From the NCBI GenBank assembly GCA_045646345.1, contig JAZRKN010000001.1:32001-96000 (forward strand): a stretch of DNA of 64,000 nt. Direction: 5' to 3'. How positions within the stretch are numbered: position 1 is the stretch's first letter; the number at the start of each line of letters is the position of its first letter. This stretch comes from Candidatus Scatovivens sp. (lineage in GTDB: Bacteria; Bacillota; Clostridia; TANB77; CAG-508). A model generated the notes under the pieces. That model searched no databases. It was not told where the DNA came from and saw only the letters and a list, made by a program, of their open reading frames with translations. Positions 1-10,562 of the stretch are shown here, one piece after another. Both the position numbers and the translations under genes were made by a program.

Positions 1-299
1 TCATCTTTTTTTATATGATTATCAATTATTTTTACTAATTCTTCTGAAAATGTTTTTATAATTTTTTCTTCCTTTTCTATAGTAATATTATTTATCTTTC
101 TTACATCAATAGTTATATAATTACCAATTTTTCTTTGAAGTGCCTTTTCTCCCTCTTTATTTAAAATTTTAACTCTTGTTACAGAAATATCTCCTTTTTT
201 TATTTCCTCACATTCAATACCATTAATTTCTTCTTCAAGTTTATTAGCAGTTCTATAAATATCTCTTCTTTCAACTGCCATATCAGTTCTAAAAAACAT
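1..299 (-). CDS. gpr: Germination protease GPR (spore endopeptidase), N-terminal part; runs off the window edge
   Basis: Manual translation MFFRTDMAVERRDIY...VTRVKILNKEGEKALQRKIGNYITID matches the GPR N-terminus (RTDLAxE...GxYITI); GAGGTG RBS upstream; absent from ORF track. Confidence 0.85.
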   Translation of the reverse strand, partial: MFFRTDMAVERRDIYRTANKLEEEINGIECEEIKKGDISVTRVKILNKEGEKALQRKIGNYITIDVRKINNITIEKEEKIIKTFSEELVKIIDNHIKKD

Positions 300-368
300 A
301 ACATCACCTCAAACTTTATTTTCTTTATGTTATTTTTTGACATTATTTATTTTTTATTCACAAAAAAC

Positions 369-402
369 AAAAAAGAAAGTATTATAAAATACTTTCTTTT
401 TT
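369..402. terminator. Intrinsic terminator hairpin
   Basis: AAAAAGAAAGTATT-loop-AATACTTTCTTTTT inverted repeat just after the GIY-YIG stop. Confidence 0.7.
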
Positions 403-404
403 CG

Positions 405-719
405 TTAAATTTCAATATATTTATAATTTTGAGCTTCTATTTTGTTTCCTAATAATTTTTCTAATAGATCAGAATTTTTTATCAAGCTCTCTTTTTCGTT
501 TTTAGTTAAACTTTTCTTTATATGAAATTCTAATTTAGAAGCTAACACTCTATTTTCCGACTCCCACACCATTTCTAATTTCTTAGCTTGATGAGTAGCA
601 GTATATTTAGCACATTTTTTATTTTGGGTGAAATGCTCTTCCATTCTTCTTTTCACATCAGATGTTATTCCTGTATAAATGGAATTATCCTCACATCTTA
701 ACATATAAGTATAGTACAT
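405..719 (-). CDS. GIY-YIG nuclease family protein (UPF0213/YazA-like)
   Basis: YTYMLRCEDNSIYTGITSDVKRRMEEH...AKYT motif. Confidence 0.9.
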   Translation of the reverse strand: MYYTYMLRCEDNSIYTGITSDVKRRMEEHFTQNKKCAKYTATHQAKKLEMVWESENRVLASKLEFHIKKSLTKNEKESLIKNSDLLEKLLGNKIEAQNYKYIEI

Positions 720-722
720 ATA

Positions 723-1448
723 TTATTCATCCCAATTGTGGAAAACTTCTAAAACATCATCTAAATCTTCTAAATTATCAATTAATCTTTGCATTTTTGC
801 ACCAGATTCTTCGTCTAATGATACGTATGTACTTGGTACCATTTGAACTCCAGCTTCTAAAAATGTTAAATTATTTTTTGATAATTCTTCTGTAACAGCT
901 GTAAAATCAGATGGAGCAGTAGTAATTTGATATACTTCTTCTTCAACTTGAAAATCTTCTGCTCCTGCTTCAATAGAAAGCATCATTAAATCATCTTCTC
1001 CTATTGGGCATCCTTCTTTTTCTATAACTATTACACCTTTTTTCTCAAACATATATGATACACATCCTGTTGTTCCTAAGTTTCCACCAAATTTATCAAA
1101 TATATGTCTTACATCAGCTGCTGTTCTATTTTTGTTGTTTGTTGAAGCATTAACTATAACTGCAACACCATTTGTTCCATACCCTTCGTATGTCATTTCT
1201 TCATAATTTTCCGCTGTTCCAGCACCTGAAGCTTTTTTTATAGCATTGTTAATTGTATCGTTTGGCATGTTATTTGCTTTACATTTTGCTATAACATCTT
1301 TTAATTTAGAGTTTCCAGCTGGGTCAGGTCCACCTTGTTTTACAGCAATTAATAATTCTCTTCCTAATTTTGTAAATATTTTTCCTCTTGCAGCATCTGC
1401 TTTTCCTTTTTTGGCTTGTATATTGTGCCATTTTGAATGTCCTGACAT
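723..1448 (-). CDS. yebC: YebC/PmpR family protein
   Basis: [11 protein letters not shown]-terminus, YEGYG motif, [14 protein letters not shown]-terminus. Confidence 0.97.
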   Translation of the reverse strand: MSGHSKWHNIQAKKGKADAARGKIFTKLGRELLIAVKQGGPDPAGNSKLKDVIAKCKANNMPNDTINNAIKKASGAGTAENYEEMTYEGYGTNGVAVIVNASTNNKNRTAADVRHIFDKFGGNLGTTGCVSYMFEKKGVIVIEKEGCPIGEDDLMMLSIEAGAEDFQVEEEVYQITTAPSDFTAVTEELSKNNLTFLEAGVQMVPSTYVSLDEESGAKMQRLIDNLEDLDDVLEVFHNWDE

Positions 1449-1539
1449 TCTCTTTCCCTCCTTTTATTTCGATTCGCCTAATATTTTAACACATTTTTTA
1501 TTATTTGTGTAGCCTTTTTATCAAATTTTACATAATTCT

Positions 1540-2145
1540 TTATAGTTCCCCAAAATCTATAGTCCCTTTTTTCTTTTCTTGTTTTTGTTCTTTAAAACTT
1601 TCTGCCAATTTAGTAAAATAGCAATCAACTTCTTCTACTGTAGTTTCTTCTGTTATTGGCATTCTCAAAAACACAGAACTTTTTGGATATAATCCATCAT
1701 GATATGAAATTAACATGCATCTTTTTTCAAACTCTTCTGATTTTTGAAGATGCTTTGGCATAGTATATGGATGAACAAACCAAACTGCTTTTTCTCCATT
1801 ATTTCTACTCTCTAATGAAAATAACCATTTTTTATTTTCTTCAGATAAAGTATCAAAATTTAACATTATCCACGCATAACCTTTGCCTGCCATTTCGTAA
1901 GATGGTCTAACATTCGGTTCTTGCACTTTAAGTAAATCTTCCCTTTCAAAAGGCAATTCCCCAGGTTTTAATATATTATTTTGATTTGCACTACTCATCA
2001 CTGTTTCAATGCCTTTTGCTTTAAATATTTTGCAAGCATTTCTTAATGGCAATTCAATCTTTCCATTTATATAGCTTTCTTCAGCTTCCATTTTTATAAA
2101 ATTCATTCCTCTATCGGATATTGGTCTAATTTCACTAATTAACAT
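1540..2145 (-). CDS. Hypothetical protein
   Basis: 201-aa ORF with RBS; KGIETVMSSAN motif; no confident family. Confidence 0.7.
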   Translation of the reverse strand: MLISEIRPISDRGMNFIKMEAEESYINGKIELPLRNACKIFKAKGIETVMSSANQNNILKPGELPFEREDLLKVQEPNVRPSYEMAGKGYAWIMLNFDTLSEENKKWLFSLESRNNGEKAVWFVHPYTMPKHLQKSEEFEKRCMLISYHDGLYPKSSVFLRMPITEETTVEEVDCYFTKLAESFKEQKQEKKKGTIDFGEL

Positions 2146-2169
2146 ATATTTTCCTTTATTTTAAATCTT

Positions 2170-2195
2170 CATTTGGTGGCAAAAGCCACCAAATG
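2170..2195. terminator. Hairpin after ABC transporter pair
   Basis: CATTTGGTGGC-AAAA-GCCACCAAATG perfect 11-bp stem. Confidence 0.7.
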
Positions 2196-2197
2196 TT

Positions 2198-4093
2198 TTA
2201 TTCTAATTCAAATGCACCTGTATACAATTGATAATAAGTGCCTTTTTCTGCAATTAAATCTTCGTGATTTCCTCTTTCGATAATTCTTCCATGATCTAAA
2301 ACCATAATTGCTTTTGAATTTCTTACTGTAGATAATCTATGAGCAATAACCAAAACTGTTCTTCCTTCCATAAGTTTATCCATACCATCTTGAACTATTT
2401 TTTCAGTTCTTGTATCTATACTTGAAGTTGCTTCATCCAGAATCATTACTGGTGGATCTACTAAAGCACATCTTGCAATTGATAATAATTGTCTTTGACC
2501 TTGTGATAAATTTGCACCATCTCCAGATAAATCAGTATCATATCCTAGTGGTAATCTCATAATAAAATCATGAGCATTAGCTAGTTTCGCAGCTTCTATT
2601 ACCTCTTCGTCTGTTGCATCATCACAACCATATTTAATATTATCTTTAATTGTTCCAGAGAAAAGATGTGTATCTTGAAGAACCATTCCAAGAGATTTTC
2701 TTAAATCATCTTTTTTAATTTTGTTTATATTTATTCCATCATATCTAATTTTCCCATCTTCTATATCATAGAAACGATTTATTAAATTAGTTATTGTTGT
2801 TTTTCCAGCTCCTGTAGCTCCAACAAAAGCAATCTTTTGACCCGGTTTTGCATATAAACTAATGTCATGTAATACAGTTTTGTTTTCTTCATATCCGAAA
2901 TCAACATCTGTCATCTCAATATGTCCTTTTAATTCTACATATTCCAAACGTCCATCACTATGAGGATATTTCCATGCCCACATTTCTGTTTTTTCTTCAG
3001 TTTCTGTCAAAACTCCGTCTACATATTTAGCATTTACTAATGTAACATATCCATTATCTTTTTCTGGTTCTTGATCCATAAGTTCAAAAATTCTTTTCGC
3101 TCCAGCTAACGCCATAATAACTGAATTCAATTGTTGAGAAACTTGATTTATTGGTCTTATAAATGTTTTACTTAATTGTAAGAAAGAAACAATTAATCCC
3201 ACAGTTACATTTCCAACTTTATTTATTGCTAAAAGTCCTCCAAATAATGCTAAAAGAGCATATTGAACATTTCCTAATGCACCATTTACTGGTCCAATAT
3301 TATTCGCATATTTATTTGCATTATAAAACGCATCACAAAGATCTTCATTTAGTTTATCAAAATCGTCTTTTGATTTTTGCTCATGACAAAAAACTTTAAC
3401 AACTTTTTGCCCATTTACCATTTCTTCAACATAACCAGTTAATTTTCCCAGTGCTTGTTGACGTTTCATAAAATATTTACCGCTTCTAGAAGTAATAAAT
3501 TTTGTAGCGCTAAAAATAAATCCCAAAGATAACATTACTACTAAAGTCAAATATATATTTGTTGCAACCATTGATATAAACACAGTTATTATAGTAATCG
3601 CAGATGAAAAGAATTGAGGTATACTTTGTGCAATCATTTGACTTAATGTATCTGTATCATTTGTATATCTACTCATTATATCTCCATGAGTATTTGTATC
3701 AAAATATCTTATTGGTAATTTTTGCATTTTAATAAACATTTCATCACGAATATCTTTTAGAACACCTTCCGAAATTGTAACCATAACTCTTGTATGAATT
3801 AAACTACTAATTACACCAACCAAATAAATTATCGACATTGTTCCTATTGCTTTTAAAAGTCCTGTAAAAACTGGATTCTCAGCTCCAACTAACGGAACAA
3901 TATGTTCATCAATCAATACTTCTAAATAAAGATTTCCAGCAACTGAAGAAATTGTACTTAAAACAATACAAAATAATACAAATAACATTCTAAACTTGTA
4001 ATTCCTGAATATGTATCCCATTACTCTTTTTAAAGATTTCATATCCATTTTTGGTTTAGGAGGTTTTTGCATATTTACACTTTTATTGTCCAT
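2198..4093 (-). CDS. Heterodimeric multidrug-type ABC exporter, subunit B (TM288/EfrB-like)
   Basis: TMD plus NBD: GATGAGKTT, LSQGQ, ILDEATS, IAHRLST. Confidence 0.93.
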   Translation of the reverse strand: MDNKSVNMQKPPKPKMDMKSLKRVMGYIFRNYKFRMLFVLFCIVLSTISSVAGNLYLEVLIDEHIVPLVGAENPVFTGLLKAIGTMSIIYLVGVISSLIHTRVMVTISEGVLKDIRDEMFIKMQKLPIRYFDTNTHGDIMSRYTNDTDTLSQMIAQSIPQFFSSAITIITVFISMVATNIYLTLVVMLSLGFIFSATKFITSRSGKYFMKRQQALGKLTGYVEEMVNGQKVVKVFCHEQKSKDDFDKLNEDLCDAFYNANKYANNIGPVNGALGNVQYALLALFGGLLAINKVGNVTVGLIVSFLQLSKTFIRPINQVSQQLNSVIMALAGAKRIFELMDQEPEKDNGYVTLVNAKYVDGVLTETEEKTEMWAWKYPHSDGRLEYVELKGHIEMTDVDFGYEENKTVLHDISLYAKPGQKIAFVGATGAGKTTITNLINRFYDIEDGKIRYDGININKIKKDDLRKSLGMVLQDTHLFSGTIKDNIKYGCDDATDEEVIEAAKLANAHDFIMRLPLGYDTDLSGDGANLSQGQRQLLSIARCALVDPPVMILDEATSSIDTRTEKIVQDGMDKLMEGRTVLVIAHRLSTVRNSKAIMVLDHGRIIERGNHEDLIAEKGTYYQLYTGAFELE

Positions 4094-5820
4094 TATTCAT
4101 TACCTCCTTTTGTTTGAGATTCATAAACTTCTTTATAAATGCTATTTGTTTTTAACAATTCTTCATGTGTTCCAAATGCATTTATTTCACCATTTTCCAT
4201 AACTATAATTTTATCAGCATCTTGAACAGAAGAAATTCTTTGAGCAATTATAAATTTTGTTGTATTAGGTATCTCTTCGGCAAATGCTTTTCTTATTAAA
4301 CTATCAGTTTTTGTATCAACTGCACTTGTTGAATCATCTAATATTAATATTTTTGGTTTTTTCAACAAAGCTCTTGCTATACATAATCTTTGTTTTTGAC
4401 CACCAGATACATTAGTTCCACCTTGTTCAATATATGTATCATATTTATCAGGAAAACTCATAATAAATCCATGGGCTTGAGCCAATTTACAAGCTTTCTC
4501 AATTTCCTCATCAGTTGCATTTTCATTTCCCCAACGCAAATTTTCTTTAATAGTACCAGAGAATAATACATTTTTTTGTAAAACCATTGCAACTTCATTT
4601 CTTAAAGTTTGAATATCGTAATCTCGTACATCAACTCCACCAACTTTTAATCTACCTGTTGTTACATCATAAAGTCTTGGGATTAATTGAACCAAAGTTG
4701 TTTTAGAAGAACCAGTTCCACCTATTATTCCTATAGTTTCACCTGATTTTATTTCTAAATTAACATTTTTCAAACATAATTTATTAATATCTTTTACATA
4801 ACTAAAGTTAACATTATCAAATACTATTGAACCATCTTTTACTTCTGTTATTGCATTTTCTTTATTTTTTATATCACTTTCTTCATCTAAAATTTCAACA
4901 ATTCTTTCAGCAGATGCTCTAGAAATCATTATCATAACCAAAACCATAGATAATATCATTAATGATATTAATATTTGCATAGCATAAGATATCATACTAG
5001 CAAATTCACCAGTAGTTAATCCACCTACTACAATTTCTTTTCCACCAAACCATGATATTAATACGATTATTGAGCTTACTGTAAATTGCATTAACGGATT
5101 GTTCAATGATACAAGTTTACTAGCTTTTGAAAATCTGTCATAAATTTCTTGAGAAACTACATCAAATTTTTCAATTTCTTTTTCTTCTGTAACATAAGAT
5201 TTTACAACTCTTATCCCTCTAACATTTTCTTCAACAATATTATTTAAATCATCATATGTTTTAATAGCTTTTTCAAATATCGGATGAGCTTTTGTTGCAA
5301 TCAAATATAATCCTATTCCTAAAAATGGTATCGCGCCTAAAAATACTAATGATAATTTTGCATTTACAACAAATGCCATTACTAATGAGAATATAAGCAT
5401 AAGAGGTGATCTTATCGCAATTCTTGTTAACATCTGAAAAGACATTTGTACATTATTTACGTCAGTTGTAAGACGAGTAACAATACTTGCTGGTGAAAAT
5501 TTATCTATATTTGAAAAAGAATAATTTTGCAAATTATAAAACATTTTCTTTCTCAAATTTTTAGCAAATCCACTACTTGCTCTTGCAGCATGTCTACCAC
5601 TCATAACTCCACAAAACATTGCTAAAATTGAACAAATAATTAAAGTTACTCCTATCTTTATAATCATTCCTGAATTGCCTTTATTAATTCCTTCATCTAT
5701 TAAAAACGCCATTAAAAATGGTATTATAACATCAAAAACACATTCACAAGCAACATATATCGGTGTTTTTATAGCATGCCATTTGTATTCGCCTACACAT
5801 TTCGCTAATTTTTTTAACAT
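4093..5820 (-). CDS. Heterodimeric multidrug-type ABC exporter, subunit A (TM287/EfrA-like)
   Basis: TMD plus NBD with degenerate motifs GGTGSSKTT, ILDDSTS, IAQR and VSGGQ signature; overlaps partner by 1 nt. Confidence 0.93.
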   Translation of the reverse strand: MLKKLAKCVGEYKWHAIKTPIYVACECVFDVIIPFLMAFLIDEGINKGNSGMIIKIGVTLIICSILAMFCGVMSGRHAARASSGFAKNLRKKMFYNLQNYSFSNIDKFSPASIVTRLTTDVNNVQMSFQMLTRIAIRSPLMLIFSLVMAFVVNAKLSLVFLGAIPFLGIGLYLIATKAHPIFEKAIKTYDDLNNIVEENVRGIRVVKSYVTEEKEIEKFDVVSQEIYDRFSKASKLVSLNNPLMQFTVSSIIVLISWFGGKEIVVGGLTTGEFASMISYAMQILISLMILSMVLVMIMISRASAERIVEILDEESDIKNKENAITEVKDGSIVFDNVNFSYVKDINKLCLKNVNLEIKSGETIGIIGGTGSSKTTLVQLIPRLYDVTTGRLKVGGVDVRDYDIQTLRNEVAMVLQKNVLFSGTIKENLRWGNENATDEEIEKACKLAQAHGFIMSFPDKYDTYIEQGGTNVSGGQKQRLCIARALLKKPKILILDDSTSAVDTKTDSLIRKAFAEEIPNTTKFIIAQRISSVQDADKIIVMENGEINAFGTHEELLKTNSIYKEVYESQTKGGNE

Positions 5821-5838
5821 TTTTTCCTCCCCATTATT

Positions 5839-6603
5839 TTAAAATATATTTAATTCAATTGGACAGTGATCACTTCCAAAAATATCACTATAAATCTTAG
5901 CATCTTTTATTTTATCTTTTATTTTTTCTGACACAATAAAATAATCAATTCTCCATCCAATATTCTTTTCTCTTGACTGTCTCATATAAGACCACCACGT
6001 ATAAACCTCTTCCTTTTCTGGATACAAATATCTAAAAGTATCAACAAATCCAGAGTTCAATAACTCTGTCATTTTGTTTCTCTCTTCATCTGTAAAACCT
6101 GCTGAAAAATGATTTGTTTTTGGATTCTTTAAATCTATTTCTTTATGAGCAACATTTAAATCTCCGCAATAAATTACCGGTTTTAATTCATCTAATTTTT
6201 TTAAATATTTTCTTACTTCATCTTCCCAAATCTGTCTATAATCTAATCTTTCTAGTTCTCTTTTAGAATTAGGTGTATAGCAATTTACCAAGAAAAACTC
6301 TTCATATTCTAAAGTAATTATTCTACCTTCGTTATCATGTTCTTCAATTCCTAATCCATATTTTACAGAAAGAGGTTCTTTCTTGCAAAATATCGCAGTT
6401 CCTGAATAACCTTTCTTTTCTGCACTATTCCAATACTGATGATAGCCACTTAATATAGAATTTATTGTAATATCAATTTGCTCTTCCTGCATTTTAGTTT
6501 CTTGTATACAGAAAAAATCAGCTTCTATCTCTTTAAAAAAGTTTTCAAATCCTTTTGTAACCACAGCTCTCAAACCATTTACATTCCACGAAATAAATTT
6601 CAT
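5839..6603 (-). CDS. xth: Exodeoxyribonuclease III / AP endonuclease
   Basis: MKFISWNVNGLRA, QETK, GDLNVAH, WRIDY, SDHCP; start moved to the ATG at 6603 behind AAGGAG. Confidence 0.95.
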   Translation of the reverse strand: MKFISWNVNGLRAVVTKGFENFFKEIEADFFCIQETKMQEEQIDITINSILSGYHQYWNSAEKKGYSGTAIFCKKEPLSVKYGLGIEEHDNEGRIITLEYEEFFLVNCYTPNSKRELERLDYRQIWEDEVRKYLKKLDELKPVIYCGDLNVAHKEIDLKNPKTNHFSAGFTDEERNKMTELLNSGFVDTFRYLYPEKEEVYTWWSYMRQSREKNIGWRIDYFIVSEKIKDKIKDAKIYSDIFGSDHCPIELNIF

Positions 6604-6769
6604 ACATTCATCTCCTTGTATATATCTAATTTGTCTTATCATAAGTTGTATCATATCATAAAAGTATTTATTATTCAATTTTTTTGTAGATATTTATACT
6701 ATAAAAATTATTATATTTACAATCTTAATGAGCAAATAAAAAAATTTTATTTGCCCATTTTTGATTTTA

Positions 6770-7537
6770 TTAACCAAGTGACACATCTAGAATCATCATT
6801 ATCAAAAATCCTACAGTTACCCCTATAATCCTCCATTTAGAAAAATTATTTTCTTTTTGATTTTGAGGTATCAATTCTTCAATAACAACATACATCATTG
6901 CACCTGCTGCAAAAGCTAACAAATATGGCAAAATCGTTGTTATTTTCGAAGTAAGTAAAAGTGTTACAAAAGCTGCAATCGGTTCTACAATTCCAGAAAC
7001 AACTCCATATAAAAATGCCTTGTATTTTCTTGTTCCTGTAGATTTCAATGGCATAGATATTATTGCTCCTTCCGGAAAATTTTGAATTCCAATCCCTAAA
7101 GCAATCGACATTGCTCCAGCAATTGTCATTCCAATATTTCCAGCTAGCACACCAGCAAAAGCTACACCTACTGCCATACCTTCTGGAATATTGTGTAATG
7201 TAACAGCCAAAAATAACAAAGTATTATTTTTCAAACTTCTATTTTCTTTCTTTTTATTTTCTATTTTTGAAATTAAATAATCTGTTATTATTAAAAATAA
7301 TACTCCTATAATAAATCCCAAAGCCGCAGGAAACCAAGAAATTACCCCTTGATTTTCCGCCAATTCAATCGAAGGAATAATTAAAGACCAAATAGAAGCA
7401 GCAATCATCACGCCTGATGCCAATCCAGCCAAAAACTTTTCTACGCTCATATTAAAAGCATTTTTCATAAAAAATACAATTGAACTCCCAAAGACGGTCC
7501 CTATAAAAGGAATTAAAATTCCTAATATTATTTCCAT
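6770..7537 (-). CDS. ZIP family metal transporter (ZupT/GufA-like)
   Basis: Multiple TM helices; LHNIPEG and IQNFPEG motifs. Confidence 0.93.
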   Translation of the reverse strand: MEIILGILIPFIGTVFGSSIVFFMKNAFNMSVEKFLAGLASGVMIAASIWSLIIPSIELAENQGVISWFPAALGFIIGVLFLIITDYLISKIENKKKENRSLKNNTLLFLAVTLHNIPEGMAVGVAFAGVLAGNIGMTIAGAMSIALGIGIQNFPEGAIISMPLKSTGTRKYKAFLYGVVSGIVEPIAAFVTLLLTSKITTILPYLLAFAAGAMMYVVIEELIPQNQKENNFSKWRIIGVTVGFLIMMILDVSLG

Positions 7538-7619
7538 AAAAAAATCCTTTCAAATATTATATTGACATTTTATGTCTTCTATATAATATTCAAAAAGATA
7601 TTCTTAGTTAAATTTAATT

Positions 7620-8492
7620 TTAATTTTTAATCCAATACATTTTATTTTCTTTAAATAAAAAATTCATCTTACCTTCATCATATAAATAGGAAAGATATGA
7701 ACGAACTGTACTACCAATCAGAACATATTGATTTGGATTCATTATTAAATTATAAGTGTCAAAAATTTCTTTTAATATTTCTTCAAAAGTTTTTTGGATA
7801 GAACAAATTTCTACTAGTTTATTTAATAGTTCTAATATTTTATTTCTATTTATTAGAATTAATTCTTTAATACTTTCAGTAGCCTCACAATGAGATGGAA
7901 TATAAATCTCTCCATCTAAACTTTCTAAAAAATCTAGTGAATTCATATATTCTTTTACATCATATATAAAAAACAAATGATATTTATTAATTGTTTCTGG
8001 GCTAAATAATGAATCTCCTAAAAAATACACATTATCATCAGTTTTTATTCCAATCATATCAAAAAAATGGCCTTTTATAGAGAAATATTCTAATCCCTCA
8101 GGAAGATTATTTTCTATTTCTAAAGTAATTGATTCTTTTGCCATTAAAAACTTATTTTTAAGATCTTTAAATGGATATCCTCCATATAAAAATGATGGTT
8201 CTAAAACAGGATTTTCAGTAAAACATCTTTCAATATTATGCGCATATATTTGACAATTTGTTCTTTCTTGAATAATCTTATTTCCGCCTATATGATCTGC
8301 GTTTGCATGTGTTGTAATTATACCTTTTACTTTCCAACCGTGTTCTTCAACAATCTTTAAAATTTTTCTTCCTGCATCTTTGTCATTTCCAGAATCTATT
8401 AAATATACATTTTCTTTATCAATCTTATATATTCCAATATTAGTAGGATTTTTTATATAGTATGTTTTGGTTCCAACTTGTATTAATTCCAT
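7620..8492 (-). CDS. Metallo-beta-lactamase fold hydrolase
   Basis: LIDSG, THANADHIGG, GDS, IPSH; start moved to the ATG behind GAGGAG. Confidence 0.88.
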   Translation of the reverse strand: MELIQVGTKTYYIKNPTNIGIYKIDKENVYLIDSGNDKDAGRKILKIVEEHGWKVKGIITTHANADHIGGNKIIQERTNCQIYAHNIERCFTENPVLEPSFLYGGYPFKDLKNKFLMAKESITLEIENNLPEGLEYFSIKGHFFDMIGIKTDDNVYFLGDSLFSPETINKYHLFFIYDVKEYMNSLDFLESLDGEIYIPSHCEATESIKELILINRNKILELLNKLVEICSIQKTFEEILKEIFDTYNLIMNPNQYVLIGSTVRSYLSYLYDEGKMNFLFKENKMYWIKN

Positions 8493-8512
8493 TTTTTCTC
8501 CTCGCAATAATT

Positions 8513-9184
8513 TTACCAAACAAATGGTATTATTTTATATTTCACTTTATTTTTATATTCTGTATATCCGTCTAATCCTTTTTCCAAAACTTCTTCTTCA
8601 TTTTTTATTCTCTTAACTATAATAATTGGATATAGTAAGAAAATTATAAAAGAAATAATAGACCCTAAAATTAATGGCATACTTAAAAACAATATTATTG
8701 TAGCAGCATACATTGGATGCCTAATAATTCCATATAATCCTGTATCTACAACTTTTTGGTTTTCTTGTACTTCAACCGTTCTAGATAGATATTGATTTTC
8801 TCTTAACACTTCAGCATACATTAGATATGAAAAAACAAATAATATTGAAGCAATAATTACCACAAAATTTGGAATCATTATCCAATTATATTTAAAATTC
8901 AATCCAGAAATAACAAAACCAGAAATAAACATTAACGAACTAAGTAAAATCACTAGTTTTTGTTCTCCTTGTTTTTCTTTCATATTTAATCTTTTCTTTA
9001 AAAGTTCTGGTGATTTAATCATCATTACAATTCCTGCAACAAACATCGGAACAAATAAAAGTCCTATTAATAGCCATCCATTCCAATAAGCAAAGGTATT
9101 TGCTGGTGCAAATATTAACAAAAACATAAGTACAATTCCTAATGTAATTTTTATAATCGCTTCAAAAAATAATTTTATATTCAT
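8513..9184 (-). CDS. Isoprenylcysteine carboxylmethyltransferase (ICMT/Ste14) family membrane protein
   Basis: VVDTGLYGIIRHPMY and RIKNEEEVL...Y motifs. Confidence 0.9.
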   Translation of the reverse strand: MNIKLFFEAIIKITLGIVLMFLLIFAPANTFAYWNGWLLIGLLFVPMFVAGIVMMIKSPELLKKRLNMKEKQGEQKLVILLSSLMFISGFVISGLNFKYNWIMIPNFVVIIASILFVFSYLMYAEVLRENQYLSRTVEVQENQKVVDTGLYGIIRHPMYAATIILFLSMPLILGSIISFIIFLLYPIIIVKRIKNEEEVLEKGLDGYTEYKNKVKYKIIPFVW

Positions 9185-9203
9185 ACGTATTCACCTTTTC
9201 TAT

Positions 9204-9626
9204 TTATAAATATTTAAATATCTCTTCTGGATATAATATTTTACTATTATTTTTAAAATCCTCTATATTAACCCAAATAGCTTCTGATTCTCCGTCATCA
9301 TCAATCATTGGATATATTTCTTTGTAGTCTTCATCTTTTATTTTAATATTATATAGTAATACTAATTCATGTCCTTTTTTACCTTGAAAAGTAAATATGT
9401 TTTCTGATATTCCACAATAATCATCAACCTCAATATCTATTCCAAGCTCTTCTTTGAATTCTCTTTTTAAAGCCTCTTGACTAGTTTCAAAAAATTCTAT
9501 TCCTCCACCTAAGCATCTATAAAAAGTTTGATTCTTTACTTTGTCATAACCTTCACTTACTAAAATTTTGTTATCTTTTTTTGCAATTCCTAACACAACT
9601 GGTCTAATTTCTTTAAACTTATCCAC
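9204..9626 (-). CDS. NUDIX hydrolase
   Basis: GGGIEFFETSQEALKREFKEELG Nudix box. Confidence 0.92.
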   Translation of the reverse strand: MDKFKEIRPVVLGIAKKDNKILVSEGYDKVKNQTFYRCLGGGIEFFETSQEALKREFKEELGIDIEVDDYCGISENIFTFQGKKGHELVLLYNIKIKDEDYKEIYPMIDDDGESEAIWVNIEDFKNNSKILYPEEIFKYL

Positions 9627-9674
9627 TATTATATCCTCCTTACAAAATAGTTTTTATTTATAAATAAAAACTAT

Positions 9675-10481
9675 TTATGATTTTAAAAAATTTAATACTT
9701 TATCATTAAAATCTTTAGCTTGTTCATATACTCCATGGCTATATTCGTCATAAATATGTAACTTGCTATTTTTTATTTTTTTAGCCATTTCTTCTGAGCC
9801 TATTATCCCTACCGCTTTATCTCGTTTTGCACCTATAATTAATGTTGGAGATTTTATTTTATTTAAATTTTCATATGTATTATGTGTTATACAAGACTTA
9901 GCTTGAATTATAAAACGCTCATATGTAGCATTTTTACCAAATAATCCTAATAATTTATAAAATTTTCTATTTTTTTCTAAATATTTTCCTGTATACGATC
10001 TTTCAGCAGAATCAATCATTATTCCTTTATAATTTTTATTTTCTGCCATATTAATCCATTCAGTTATTGCTTCATTTAAAATTTCATTTGTTCTAGAAAC
10101 TGTCACCACTAACACTAATTTATTAACTTTTTGAGGAGCATTAATAGCAATATATTGTGCAATCATCCCCCCTTGAGAAACTCCTACAATATTAGCCTTT
10201 TCAATTCCTAATTTTTTCATATGTTCTATAATATCATTTGCCATATTCTCTGTTGAAAAATTTTCTGGCAATTCATTTCTCCTACTAAAAACAAATACTT
10301 TATAGTCTTTAGCAAATATTTTATACATTATTGAAAAAGGAATTGCTAAACCTTTTACTGTTTTTAAACCATCTCCAACTCCTGGTATAATTATCAAATT
10401 TTCTTTACCTTTTCCAAAAGAAATATAATTAGCAAATGTGTTTTCAATTTCTATTTTTCCATTTTTGGCATTATAAAACAT
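9675..10481 (-). CDS. Alpha/beta hydrolase
   Basis: GVSQGG nucleophile elbow, PTLIIG..D, C-terminal His (SHG). Confidence 0.9.
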   Translation of the reverse strand: MFYNAKNGKIEIENTFANYISFGKGKENLIIIPGVGDGLKTVKGLAIPFSIMYKIFAKDYKVFVFSRRNELPENFSTENMANDIIEHMKKLGIEKANIVGVSQGGMIAQYIAINAPQKVNKLVLVVTVSRTNEILNEAITEWINMAENKNYKGIMIDSAERSYTGKYLEKNRKFYKLLGLFGKNATYERFIIQAKSCITHNTYENLNKIKSPTLIIGAKRDKAVGIIGSEEMAKKIKNSKLHIYDEYSHGVYEQAKDFNDKVLNFLKS

Positions 10482-10562
10482 ATTTCTCTCCTCTATTTAA
10501 TTTATTTTTCATTTGAATTATATTATAAAAAACAAAAAGAAGCAATTATAATGCTTCTTTAT

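Noticed and set aside
405-719. GIY-YIG gene as a homing endonuclease or mobile intron
   Set aside because: Short stand-alone UPF0213 type with no flanking intron structure or split host gene
4093-5820. Degenerate ABC motifs as pseudogenisation
   Set aside because: Expected degenerate site of TM287/288-type heterodimeric exporters
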